Shown: piece by piece, positions 10,108 through 19,214 of the stretch
Layout of the letters: every line of letters starts with the position of its first letter
Numbering within the stretch: the first letter of the stretch is position 1
Translations under genes and position numbers: made by a program
The notes under the pieces: model-generated
The model's input: only the letters and a program-made list of their open reading frames with translations
The model's database searches: none
Told to the model about the DNA's origin: nothing
Source of the DNA: Nostoc punctiforme PCC 73102
GTDB taxonomy: Bacteria > Cyanobacteriota > Cyanobacteriia > Cyanobacteriales > Nostocaceae
Assembly (NCBI RefSeq): GCF_000020025.1
Contig: NC_010628.1
Span: forward strand, 4,080,001 to 4,112,000
Length of the DNA stretch: 32,000 bases
Reading direction: 5' to 3'

Positions 10108-10974
10108 TTACCCTTTAACCTTTAACCTTTTCCCATCTTCTTCTTGCTGGGATTTTAATTCGATTTCGCCATAAATCTGCAATGCAGAACGCCAAACTAT
10201 ATAGCCTTCGGGACTTAAATGTAAGCCATCAGTAGTAAATTCGCGGCGGAGATTTCCTTGTTTGTTGGTGAACAGGGGATATAAATCAAGATATTTGACA
10301 CCTTTTTTGGTAGATATGCTTTGCAGTTGCTGATTCAACTCCTGAATGCGACTATTGGCAACAGCTAGAAGTTTATCTCGTCCTTTCCAGCTTGCTTCCT
10401 CTGCCCCATGTGGCAAAATCGATTGCACAACAATTTGCGCGGTAGGATGCGTCTTTCGGAGGTAATTGATAATTTGTCGCTGATTATCTAAAATTTCCTC
10501 GTTGCTCATCCCCCGAATTAGGTCATTAATGCCAATCATCACAAAAATTACCTCTGGCTGGGTGCGGTCAAATATCTTCAACCTATTTAAGAGTCCATTA
10601 CTGGTTTCGCCAGAGATTCCTTGATTGAGCCAAGTTTTACCTTCGGGTAATAACTCAGGGGGAAACCATAAACTCAGAGAATCTCCCGCCAGGATAGTTA
10701 AATGCGGAGGACGTTGGTCGGCAGCGACCTTGGCTTCTTGCTTGAGAATTTCTACCCACTCTTGGTAAGTGAGTTGGTGACGACGACCCAAATCAGGTGT
10801 AGCAATTTGGGTTGAGTTGTTCAGGTTAATTTGTTCTGGGGATGTAACTATCCCAAAAAAAGCGGCCAATTTCTGCTGTTGCCAAATTAGCAGAATGACC
10901 GCCAACATTAGGATGCCGTTAGTTAACAGCGAGAAAAATGCCCAGATAGGAAAGGTTTTTGCAGAAGTAGACAC
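10108..10974 (-). CDS. SGNH/GDSL-family hydrolase with N-terminal membrane anchor
   Basis: 288 aa. Block I AGDSLS, block III GINDL and block V DGLHLSPEGY, plus a hydrophobic N-terminal helix. The last ~9 codons and the stop lie inside a GGGTAAAGG-family repeat. Confidence 0.8.
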   Translation of the reverse strand: MSTSAKTFPIWAFFSLLTNGILMLAVILLIWQQQKLAAFFGIVTSPEQINLNNSTQIATPDLGRRHQLTYQEWVEILKQEAKVAADQRPPHLTILAGDSLSLWFPPELLPEGKTWLNQGISGETSNGLLNRLKIFDRTQPEVIFVMIGINDLIRGMSNEEILDNQRQIINYLRKTHPTAQIVVQSILPHGAEEASWKGRDKLLAVANSRIQELNQQLQSISTKKGVKYLDLYPLFTNKQGNLRREFTTDGLHLSPEGYIVWRSALQIYGEIELKSQQEEDGKRLKVKG

Positions 10975-11049
10975 GACTAGCGAAATTTACCAATTATTTG
11001 AATCAAATTTTAACGCTAGCGATCGCAAATTACACAATCTTAAATTGGG

Positions 11050-11209
11050 AGTGGGGAATGGGAGGGGCAGAGAGAGCAGGGGAGCAGGGGAGGTAGGGGG
11101 CAGAGGGAGACAAGGGGGAATTATTGAATGAATCTCTCCCTTGTCTCCCCCCTCTTCCTTGTCTACCTTGTCTCTTATTCATGCCCAATTCCCAATGCCC
11201 ACTTCCTAC
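11050..11209. repeat. G-rich ~150-bp dispersed repeat, copy A
   Basis: Shares the exact 15-mer GGGGGAATTATTGAA (11114..11128) and flanking blocks (AATCTCTCCCTTGTCT; TTCATGCCCAAT...CCCAATGCCCAC) with the reverse complement of 13657..13795. Contains a perfect 12-bp stem, GGGAGACAAGGG 11105..11116 with CCCTTGTCTCCC 11138..11149. Confidence 0.65.
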
Positions 11210-11212
11210 TAA

Positions 11213-12655
11213 CTAAGTCGGACGATCGCCAAACTCAGAGTTGTAACCCTCTTCGCCGTGTTCGTTGATATCCAAACCTTGCAATTCTGCTTCTTCTTTA
11301 ACACGCAGACCGACTGTAGCATCGATAACTTTGAGAATAATCCACGTACCAACACCTGCGATCGCGTAAGCAACGGCGATTGCTATTAGTTCAACTCCCA
11401 ATTCACCAAAATTACCACGTAGCACTCCGTCTTTACCTCCGCCGTTGACTTGAGTTGTGGCAAAGATGGCTGTTAAAATTGCCCCCACTGTACCACCAAC
11501 GCCATGCACGGGATAGGTATCTAAAGCATCGTCGATTTGCAGCTTATGCTTGAAACTTACAGCATAGAAGCAAACAAAGGCGGTGATGAAACCAATTAAA
11601 ATCGCTGATAGCGGTGTCACAAATCCGGCGGCGGGAGTGATCCCTACTAAACCAGCAACGGCTCCTGTAGCTGCTCCCACAGCTGTCGGTTTACCCCGTA
11701 AAACTGCTTCCAAAATTAGCCACATTAAAGCCGCCGCCGCCGCCGCTGTATTGGTGGCAACAAAGGCTGTTGTTGCTAAATTTGTTGTTAAGTTACCAGA
11801 AGTTCCACTAGCAACAGATAGGGCACTCCCAGCGTTGAAACCGAACCAACCAAACCAGAGCAAGCCAGCACCCAGCAAAATAAAAGGAACATTGTGTGGC
11901 GGACTAAGGCGATCGGGATGGGTTTTCCGAGGGCCAAGGACGATCGCAGCTACTAGCGCTGAAACGCCAGAACTAATATGAACTACTGTGCCACCTGCAA
12001 AGTCGAGGGCACCTAATCCACCAGCTAAACCCAAGAATCCACCTTTCGCCCATACCATGTGGGCTAGAGGGGCGTAAACAAAGGTTGACCAAAGCAGCAC
12101 AAACAGCGAATAGGCGCGGAAACTCATCCGCTCAACGAGTGCCCCAGAAATTAAAGCTGGGGTGATAATGGCAAACATGGCTTGATAAATCGTGAATGCC
12201 TGGTGGGGAATCGTTCCGGCATAAGAGACTACATCAGCATATTTGGGGTCTGCTGCTTTGAGCGCATCTTCATAAGGCAGATGTGGCAAGTAGCCTTGAG
12301 TCTCTAAACCAACACCGTTCAACCCAAACCATTGCAACCCACCAATGAATGGCAACCCTGGTGCAAAAGAAAGACTATAACCCCAGAGAATCCAGGTAAC
12401 TCCCACGATCGCCATCAAGACAAAGCTCATCATCAATGTGTTTAGGATATTGCGCGATCGCACAAATCCACCATAGAAAAACGCCAATCCTGGTGTCATT
12501 AGCAGCACTAATGCTGCTGAAATCAGCATAAATGCTGTGTCTCCAGTATCAGCAGCTGGTACAGCAACTGGTGTTTGGGCAAAAGCATTACCCATTAGCG
12601 GTCCTGCCAAAAACAGTAGGGTCATAGCCCCAATCATCACAACTTTCTTCAACAC
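11213..12655 (-). CDS. amt: Ammonium transporter (Amt family)
   Basis: 480 aa. Signal-like N-terminus, then canonical Amt motifs (DFAGGTVVHISSG, FGWFGFNAGS, PVHGVGG). The track start is GTG at 12655; ATG at 12637 is an alternative. Confidence 0.92.
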   Translation of the reverse strand: MLKKVVMIGAMTLLFLAGPLMGNAFAQTPVAVPAADTGDTAFMLISAALVLLMTPGLAFFYGGFVRSRNILNTLMMSFVLMAIVGVTWILWGYSLSFAPGLPFIGGLQWFGLNGVGLETQGYLPHLPYEDALKAADPKYADVVSYAGTIPHQAFTIYQAMFAIITPALISGALVERMSFRAYSLFVLLWSTFVYAPLAHMVWAKGGFLGLAGGLGALDFAGGTVVHISSGVSALVAAIVLGPRKTHPDRLSPPHNVPFILLGAGLLWFGWFGFNAGSALSVASGTSGNLTTNLATTAFVATNTAAAAAALMWLILEAVLRGKPTAVGAATGAVAGLVGITPAAGFVTPLSAILIGFITAFVCFYAVSFKHKLQIDDALDTYPVHGVGGTVGAILTAIFATTQVNGGGKDGVLRGNFGELGVELIAIAVAYAIAGVGTWIILKVIDATVGLRVKEEAELQGLDINEHGEEGYNSEFGDRPT

Positions 12656-12684
12656 TTCTTTTTCTTCCTAAGCACCAACGATTT

Positions 12685-12698
12685 GTATCCTTAACTAC
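12685..12698. promoter_or_regulatory. Candidate NtcA-type box (GTA-N8-TAC)
   Basis: GTATCCTTAACTAC fits GTA-N8-TAC upstream of amt. It is only 30 nt from the GTG start, and I see no TAN3T -10 box at the canonical ~22-nt spacing. Confidence 0.25.
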
Positions 12699-13222
12699 AT
12701 TTGATTACTTTTAGCTAGACATTTTTGTCTTAAAAGTTACTTAACTTTAATTTTGTGGAAATGTTAACAAAAATATAATCCGGATTGTAGTTGCCAAAAT
12801 GGAAACAAGAGTGTAACGATGCAATGATTGCATCTTTTTGTGCAGGATAGCATTTTATGCAAGCGCTACAAAACTCCAAATTTTTAGTTACTTACTGTTA
12901 CAAAACAAGATACTTGTAAAAATTGATAATAATTATCAATTTTCAGAAAATTTGTACAAATTTATCATGAATTCTCTTTATCTCTACGCATTTATGCGGG
13001 AGATATACAGATTCTTGCTTATCTTCGGCTGGTTATTAAAAAACCTTGGCAATTTTTGGTCAGCTTATTATGTGTTTAGGGGATTCCAGCAAAAGAAACA
13101 TCCCATCTCCAGATAGCACAGATGTGCTATCCAAACAAATGTATAAATAATTTTGGATAATTTATTTTTTGTCAGTCTCTGAAAAGCGGGTATTAAAAAA
13201 TTTATTAATCTAGAAGTTCTAC

Positions 13223-13546
13223 TTAAGGTCTGGGTGCAAACATGATAATTAGAACACTCACTAAAGCTAAACATGCTCCTATGAGGTCGTAGCGGTCTGG
13301 AATTACACCGTCAACCTTCCAACCCCAAAACATTGCTATTGCGATAAATACACCACCGTAAGCAGCATACACTCTGCCAAAATTTGCTGATTGAAGAGTT
13401 GCAATAACCCCATAGAAAGCTAAAGCAATTCCCCCCAATATGCCCCACCAGAACGGCTTACCTTCGCGCAACCACAACCAGATTAAGTAGCCGCCTCCAA
13501 TTTCAAATAAACCAGCCCACAAAAAATACAGCAGAGACTTAATCAT
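13223..13546 (-). CDS. ynfA: YnfA/UPF0060 family small membrane protein
   Basis: 107 aa with four hydrophobic helices. FEIGGGYLIWLWLREGK and GRVYAAYGGVF closely resemble E. coli YnfA as I recall it. Confidence 0.8.
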   Translation of the reverse strand: MIKSLLYFLWAGLFEIGGGYLIWLWLREGKPFWWGILGGIALAFYGVIATLQSANFGRVYAAYGGVFIAIAMFWGWKVDGVIPDRYDLIGACLALVSVLIIMFAPRP

Positions 13547-13656
13547 TTGACAAATTCATTTATCAGGTCGAACTCAGTGAAATTACGCTAACGCTTTTAA
13601 CTAAACTATTGCCATTAATTGAAGTAAGTTTATTGATCTGGGTATTGGCATTGGAT

Positions 13657-13795
13657 ATTAGGTAGTGGGCATTGGGCATTGGACATTGAACATGAAGAAA
13701 AGACAAGCGAGAGATTTGTTCAATAATTCCCCCTGCCTCCCCTGCCCCTCTGCCTCCCCTGCTCCCCCTGCCCTCTGCCCCAGCCCCCAGAATGT
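13657..13795. repeat. G-rich ~150-bp dispersed repeat, copy B (inverted relative to copy A)
   Basis: TTCAATAATTCCCCC (13719..13733) is the exact reverse complement of 11114..11128. AGACAAGCGAGAGATTTG and GTGGGCATTGGGCATTGG blocks mirror copy A. Confidence 0.65.
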
Positions 13796-13810
13796 AGATA
13801 AGGCGTAAGG

Positions 13811-15487
13811 ATGAAAGCACCATTACCTAATAACGAAATACAGAGATTCGAGACACTTTTGGAGTATAAAATTCTTGACACCCCATCCGAAGCTGCCTTT
13901 GATGATCTCACCCGTTTAGCCTCGTATATTTGTCAGACTCCTATTGCCTTAATTAGCTTAATTGATACAAATCGCCAGTGGTTCAAGTCAAGAGTCGGTT
14001 TAGATACCCTAGAAACACATCGAGATTTAGCATTCTGTAGCCATGCTATTTTACAGCCTGACGTTTTTGTTGTGCCTGATGCAACAGATGACGAAAGGTT
14101 TGCCACCAACCTACTGGTTACATCTGACCCAAATATTCGATTTTATGCTGGTGTACCTCTGACTAACCCTGAAGGATATGCTCTAGGAACTCTGTGCGTG
14201 ATTGATTACATACCACGAGAACTTACTCCAGATCAGATAGAGGCATTACGAACATTAGGTCGTCAAGTCATCAAACAATTGGAATTGCGCCGAAATTTAG
14301 CAAGTTTGGTACTTGTTAGCAAGAAAAGCAAACAGGCACAGAAGGTAAGCAAACAATTTTTCAAAAAGATTGTAGCAGGTTTTGGTCTAGCTTCGGTAAT
14401 TTTGGTTTTGATAGGTGTAATTTCTTATCAAAATACAACAGTATCTAGTAATAATCGCAGTGTCATAAAAAATGCTTATAAAAAGCTCAACAGTCTAGAA
14501 AAACTACTGTCTCAAATAAAGGATGCAGAGACTAGGCAACGTAGTTACATTATTACTGGAAAACAAACTTATATAAAACCCTATCAAGCATCACTAGCCA
14601 ACGTCAATCAGGAAATTGCCAAACTAAAGAACTTAACGATAGATCAACCAAACCAACAAAAGCAGATTGCAACACTTGAATTTTTGATTGCAGCTAAACT
14701 TGCTGAACTAAACCAGACTATCGACTTACGCCAAAAGAAGGGATCGGAAGCGGCGTTGCAGGTATTACTGACAAATAAAAGCCAAAATCTCATGGATGAT
14801 ATCCGCAAGGCGATCGATGAGATAGAGAATGAGGAAAGGGCGCAGCGGCAGCAACTTTCACAAACAGCACAAACTTGGACTCGCAAGACAACTGTGACAA
14901 TTGCGATCGCTATTTGCCTAAGTTTTATCGTTCTTGCTGTAGTTTACTACTTCATTTATCGTGAGGTAACAGAGCGCAAAAGGACAGAAGAAACCTTAAA
15001 TCAAGCAGGAATGGATGACTATCTGAGTAAGCCAGTGTTTAAAGAAAAATTAGCTGCCACTCTAGAGCATTGGACAGGCGTTATCCTCTCAAAACAAGAG
15101 CTAGTTGTTGATGAACAGACAGTTTCGACCACAAACAACGACACAAATGACCTAGCAATTGATTGGGAACACTTGCATCGAATATCGGAAAATGATGGAG
15201 AATTTGAATTAAATCTATTGCAAATATACCTTGAAGATGTTAGACCCCGTTTAGAGATAATGATTGCAGCGATCGCATCTGATGACTTTGGGCAAATTGC
15301 GCGAGAAGCTCATCACCTTAAAGGTGCTAGTGCCAATGTTGGAGCCACAGCTATGTATCTAGTCGCTGACAAACTAGAAAAGTTAGCTTACGAGCAAGAG
15401 CTTAGAGATGCTACTAACTTAGTTTTAGAGTCAAAAGAATTTATCAACTCTATGCAAGACTTTTTAACACGAAAGAATTCAGTCTGA
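13811..15487 (+). CDS. GAF-TM-CHASE3-TM-HPt sensor protein lacking kinase core and receiver (deletion derivative of a hybrid histidine kinase)
   Basis: 558 aa. N-terminal GAF domain (FDDLTRLAS...FYAGVPL). Two TM helices flank a CHASE3-like coiled region. A PAS-linker-like TERKRTEETLNQA joins directly to GMDDYLSKPV, the C-terminal motif of a receiver domain. An HPt domain follows (HHLKGASANVGA). AAGGA Shine-Dalgarno lies before the ATG. Confidence 0.8.
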   Translation: MKAPLPNNEIQRFETLLEYKILDTPSEAAFDDLTRLASYICQTPIALISLIDTNRQWFKSRVGLDTLETHRDLAFCSHAILQPDVFVVPDATDDERFATNLLVTSDPNIRFYAGVPLTNPEGYALGTLCVIDYIPRELTPDQIEALRTLGRQVIKQLELRRNLASLVLVSKKSKQAQKVSKQFFKKIVAGFGLASVILVLIGVISYQNTTVSSNNRSVIKNAYKKLNSLEKLLSQIKDAETRQRSYIITGKQTYIKPYQASLANVNQEIAKLKNLTIDQPNQQKQIATLEFLIAAKLAELNQTIDLRQKKGSEAALQVLLTNKSQNLMDDIRKAIDEIENEERAQRQQLSQTAQTWTRKTTVTIAIAICLSFIVLAVVYYFIYREVTERKRTEETLNQAGMDDYLSKPVFKEKLAATLEHWTGVILSKQELVVDEQTVSTTNNDTNDLAIDWEHLHRISENDGEFELNLLQIYLEDVRPRLEIMIAAIASDDFGQIAREAHHLKGASANVGATAMYLVADKLEKLAYEQELRDATNLVLESKEFINSMQDFLTRKNSV

Positions 15488-15794
15488 ATTCTGTAGGAGT
15501 AGCGGAAAAATATGTGAGTTTAAGTCCCACACTAATTAATTTTGAATTCTACATTATTTTTTCATCAGAAGAAATAATGTAACAAATCACACCTTACTTC
15601 CCAAACAAAAATAATTGGGTATAAATTCCAAATTTATATACAAAAACAGCTTTAATACAACTGTACTAATCAAAAATTATAGCATTTACAGGAATAAAAC
15701 TTGTATAGAATCTTCCTACATCTCCAGCAACTTTAGCTGATATAGTAGCTGATACCGTCATTACTTGGCGACTTATCATTATTCAAGAGGTCTT

Positions 15795-16220
15795 ATGAAA
15801 CGCTTAATCTACATCATCCCTGTGACTGCAATTAGCTTACTGACATTGGTCGGATGCAACAGCGATCAAAAATCCACTACTCAAACTCCTACTACCACAG
15901 AAACCACTAAGGCAACAACAGGATCAAAAACTCCTGCTGCTACGCAGGGAGGTTTTGATACTTTGGCTGGTGTCGTTACAAATACAAAAACGGCGGTGCA
16001 AGGCGGAAACTTTGACAAAGCTCAACAGGAATTTAATAAGTTTGAAAATTCTTGGTCTAAAGTTGAGGATGGTGTCAAAACTAAATCTTCAAAAACCTAT
16101 AATGTCATCGAAGATGCTGCGACCCAAGTGAAGGGTTCGCTGAAAGCAAAAGATAAAGCGAAATCTCTTAAAGGGTTACAAACACTTGAGACAAACATCG
16201 CCACTGTTTCTAAAAAATGA
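15795..16220 (+). CDS. Hypothetical lipoprotein (141 aa)
   Basis: ATG at 15795 preceded by AGAGG. Signal peptide with lipobox LLTLVGC, a Thr/Pro-rich linker, then a helical Lys-rich domain. The track start at 15765 is a TTG upstream. Confidence 0.6.
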   Translation: MKRLIYIIPVTAISLLTLVGCNSDQKSTTQTPTTTETTKATTGSKTPAATQGGFDTLAGVVTNTKTAVQGGNFDKAQQEFNKFENSWSKVEDGVKTKSSKTYNVIEDAATQVKGSLKAKDKAKSLKGLQTLETNIATVSKK

Positions 16221-16357
16221 TGTAAAACAAACATAGAGTAGGAGTTATAAAGACAAGAGACACCAAGAAAAAAGTCTTTATATCTGGCTTTGAGACAAAT
16301 AATTATGTAGTTTATCAAGTTGCAAACTGCGATAGTTTTCACTGGAGATTTTGGATA

Positions 16358-16633
16358 ATGCGTTCATTTCGCAAATACCACCGGACTCTGGCGATTATTT
16401 TGGCTTTACCGCTTGCTGTAACATTGTTAACTGGTATTGCAGCTACCCTGGTAGGTGAGTGGTCAGCTAACCTTGGAGTTCCACGTAGTCTACTACTTTC
16501 AATTCATCGTGGTGAAATCTTGGGTTTACAGGGAATCTACCCGATTTTGAACGGACTAGGATTATTAGGGTTGTTGGTTACTGGATTAAGTATGACCAGT
16601 TTGTTTCGTAAGAAAAGGTCAAAATCTGAGTAA
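16358..16633 (+). CDS. Small membrane protein (PepSY-associated TM-helix-like)
   Basis: 91 aa with two predicted TM helices. N-terminal FRKYHRTLAIILALPL resembles the PepSY_TM motif. Assignment is tentative. Confidence 0.5.
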   Translation: MRSFRKYHRTLAIILALPLAVTLLTGIAATLVGEWSANLGVPRSLLLSIHRGEILGLQGIYPILNGLGLLGLLVTGLSMTSLFRKKRSKSE

Positions 16634-17090
16634 GGATTAGTCAAAAGCGATCGCAGTCTTTTAATGTATAAAAACAAGTCAGTTACCCTGCGATCGCAAA
16701 TAGTGAAATCAAACCATAATCTATTGTCTCCAGTGTTGCAAAAGTCATTGTAGAAGCAGTTCCTAGAGGTATTGCTCCTGTTTTAGAACGGACTAGAATT
16801 TGCATAGACATAACTTTTTCAATTCTTTGACAAGCTCCTGTAACATCAAGCTATTAACTTAAAAAATATTGCTTTTAACAAAATAACGACCCGTAACAAT
16901 AACTAAAAAACATTCCAAATTTCTTGACTTTTAAGTTACTCACTACTGAGTGGTGAGTAAAAAGTAAAATTAGGACAAAAGCCAAGCAAGTAGTCTGGAT
17001 TTAGGGGGAATACAAAACGTTTTGTTACTGCCAAGAGGAATTTTAAAACATCCTCTAAACCAACAGATATTTTTGAAGGTTCAAATAACT

Positions 17091-18089
17091 ATGAATAATC
17101 TATCTCATCAGTATCTAGAAGAAAGTAATAAAAAGGAGAAACTTTTATATACTGCTGATACAGTGCGTGCTTATCTTCGCGAGATTGGACGGATACCTTT
17201 ATTAACTCATGAGCAGGAGATTAATTTTGCCAAGCAAGTTCAAAAAATGATGGCTTTACTAGCTACGAAAGAAAAACTAGCTATTCAATTAAAACGTCAA
17301 CCAACACAAAAAGAGTGGATTGAAAATATAAATATTGGTGAAAAATCACTGCTACAACAGCTACATCAAGGGCAAAAAGCGAAGCAGAAAATGATTCAGG
17401 CTAACCTGCGACTTGTAGTATCTATTGCTAAGAAATATCAAAGACATAACCTAGATTTTCTCGATTTAATTCAAGAAGGGAGTTTAGGCTTAGAGCGAGG
17501 AGTTGAGAAATTTGACCCAACTAAAGGGTACAAGTTTTCAACTTATGGCTATTGGTGGATTCGTCAGGCAATTACACGAGCGATCGCCGAACAAGGACGT
17601 ACTATCCGCTTGCCTATTCATATTACAGAAAAGCTGAACAAAATCAAGCGGATTCAACGCGAACTAACTCAAAAATTAGGTCGTACTCCTACCGCAGTTG
17701 ATATCGCCGAAGAACTATCTTTAGATCCAAAACAAATTCGAGATTATTTACTTTTAGCACGTCAACCTGTCTCTCTAGAATTACGAGTTGGCTCAGACAA
17801 AGATATAGAATTACAAGATATGTTGGAGGATAATGGACTTTCCCCAGAATTATACGCTGACCATAAGTTTCTCCAACAAAATATTCAAAATTTATTGTCA
17901 AAATTAAATCCACAGCAACGACAAATATTAACTTTCCGTTTTGGTTTAACAGATGGAAATGAACTTTCTTTAGCAGAGATTGGTCAACGTATGGGTATTA
18001 GTCGAGAACGAGTGCGACAGATAGAGCAACAAGCTTTGGGTAGTCTAAGAAGACATAAGGATAAAATACACAGCTATCTAGCTAGTTAA
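17091..18089 (+). CDS. Group 2 sigma-70 family RNA polymerase sigma factor
   Basis: Regions 1.2-4.2 are recognisable ([15 protein letters not shown]; [39 protein letters not shown]; [21 protein letters not shown]). ATG at 17091 is preferred over the upstream TTG at 17022. Confidence 0.9.
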   Translation: MNNLSHQYLEESNKKEKLLYTADTVRAYLREIGRIPLLTHEQEINFAKQVQKMMALLATKEKLAIQLKRQPTQKEWIENINIGEKSLLQQLHQGQKAKQKMIQANLRLVVSIAKKYQRHNLDFLDLIQEGSLGLERGVEKFDPTKGYKFSTYGYWWIRQAITRAIAEQGRTIRLPIHITEKLNKIKRIQRELTQKLGRTPTAVDIAEELSLDPKQIRDYLLLARQPVSLELRVGSDKDIELQDMLEDNGLSPELYADHKFLQQNIQNLLSKLNPQQRQILTFRFGLTDGNELSLAEIGQRMGISRERVRQIEQQALGSLRRHKDKIHSYLAS

Positions 18090-18484
18090 TTCCTAAGCCG
18101 AATGTCTTGTTATTTGCTCTTTACTTCAACCCGCAGAGTTTGGTAAATCCTGATAGGCGATCAATACTTTTCGGTTAAACCCAATAATCTCTCTTTTGGT
18201 CTGGGGAAAGGTTAAACAGTAAACCAAAAAGTTTTTCCCAAAGAGCGATCGCTAATTTAGTTTGCGTATTCTGAGGTACTATATAATACTAGTCTCATAA
18301 ATAATGCTTATAGCATCCTGAAAGATTTCCAAAAATGAAATGATGAGAGTAGTGTGTAGCATATTGACTGAAAAAATTGAGCGTTTCATCAGAAGAACTG
18401 GCAATAACCGCCTCAGAAACCCCTCTCGTTTATATGATGATTTGCTCACAATTGCTGATAATTACAAAATAAAGGCATTAAATA

Positions 18485-19090
18485 ATGAAAAAAAGAGAAA
18501 AAATTGAACGCGATTTTCAAAATCTTCTTGAAATTATTGAAAATCAACGACCAGGATATATAGCTGCAATGGACGAAGGAGTATCTGATGAAATAATCAG
18601 AGATTGCATCAAAATTCATCCAATTCCTGAAGGTTTAATGGCTATATACTCTTGCGTCAAAGGTTTATCTGTATCTAAATTAATCGAAAAGTTTGATTAT
18701 CCTACAGATTTCATTCCTGGTTGCGATTTAATAAATATTTATGAATTTGATAAAATAATTAATCTTTTAAAAGCAGTACATAGAAACCCTGAGCCTTGGG
18801 CATGGCAACCAGATATGATTCCTTTTCTAGTGTATTGCGATGTTGATTACTATTGCGTCAGAACATTGCCTTCAGACCAATCTGTTGTATTCTGTTCAAA
18901 AGAAAACCAATGGATTACCATCTGTCAAAATATTGAAGATTTTATTTTAATAATTACTGAATGTTATAAGCAGAATGCTTATTTTTTAGATAATGTATAC
19001 TTGGAAAAAAATTATGATTTGGAAGAAAAAATTATCTTAAACTTCAACCCTAATTATTATTCTCAAAATGACTTAAAACCAGAAGCATGA
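18485..19090 (+). CDS. SMI1/KNR4 (SUKH superfamily) immunity-like protein
   Basis: 201 aa, very AT-rich. GVSDEIIRDCIKIHPIPEGLMAIYSCVKG and MIPFLVYCDVDYYCV resemble the SUKH-1 N-terminal ligand motif and central strand. Weaker match than the next gene. Confidence 0.5.
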   Translation: MKKREKIERDFQNLLEIIENQRPGYIAAMDEGVSDEIIRDCIKIHPIPEGLMAIYSCVKGLSVSKLIEKFDYPTDFIPGCDLINIYEFDKIINLLKAVHRNPEPWAWQPDMIPFLVYCDVDYYCVRTLPSDQSVVFCSKENQWITICQNIEDFILIITECYKQNAYFLDNVYLEKNYDLEEKIILNFNPNYYSQNDLKPEA

Positions 19091-19214
19091 GCAAAAATAT
19101 TTTTATATAAATGTTATATTTTATTTTCAAGAGTTTTAGCCTTTTGAAGTATTATTTCTATATACTTTGTTACACGATGTTCATGACTAACTTGAAACAC
19201 TCAAATTAAAAACA

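Noticed and set aside
10817-11131. 104-aa ORF ending in GRGRESRGAGEVGGRGRQGG
   Set aside because: Its 5' part is antisense to the SGNH hydrolase gene and its 3' part is a translation of G-rich repeat copy A.
7025-11981. Antisense or overlapping ORFs within cobL (7025..7240 +), ispH (9483..9995 +) and amt (11583..11981 +)
   Set aside because: They are shadow ORFs on the opposite strand of well-supported genes. The amt shadow is Ala/Pro-rich, as expected from the complement of a Gly/Ala-rich membrane protein.
12838-13274. ORFs 12838..13116 (+) and 13068..13274 (-) in the amt upstream region
   Set aside because: They lie in a very AT-rich intergenic sequence and have Phe/Leu/Ile/Tyr/Asn-biased composition typical of random AT-rich frames. 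The second overlaps the ynfA 3' end.
13563-13911. Two overlapping minus-strand ORFs (13563..13823 and 13720..13911) rich in Gly/Arg
   Set aside because: Both are translations of G-rich repeat copy B. The second is also antisense to the start of the GAF-HPt gene.
15551-15580. AT-rich 9-bp inverted repeat ACATTATTT...AAATAATGT after the GAF-HPt gene, considered as a terminator
   Set aside because: The stem is weak and entirely A/T, with no following U-tract. This is insufficient evidence.
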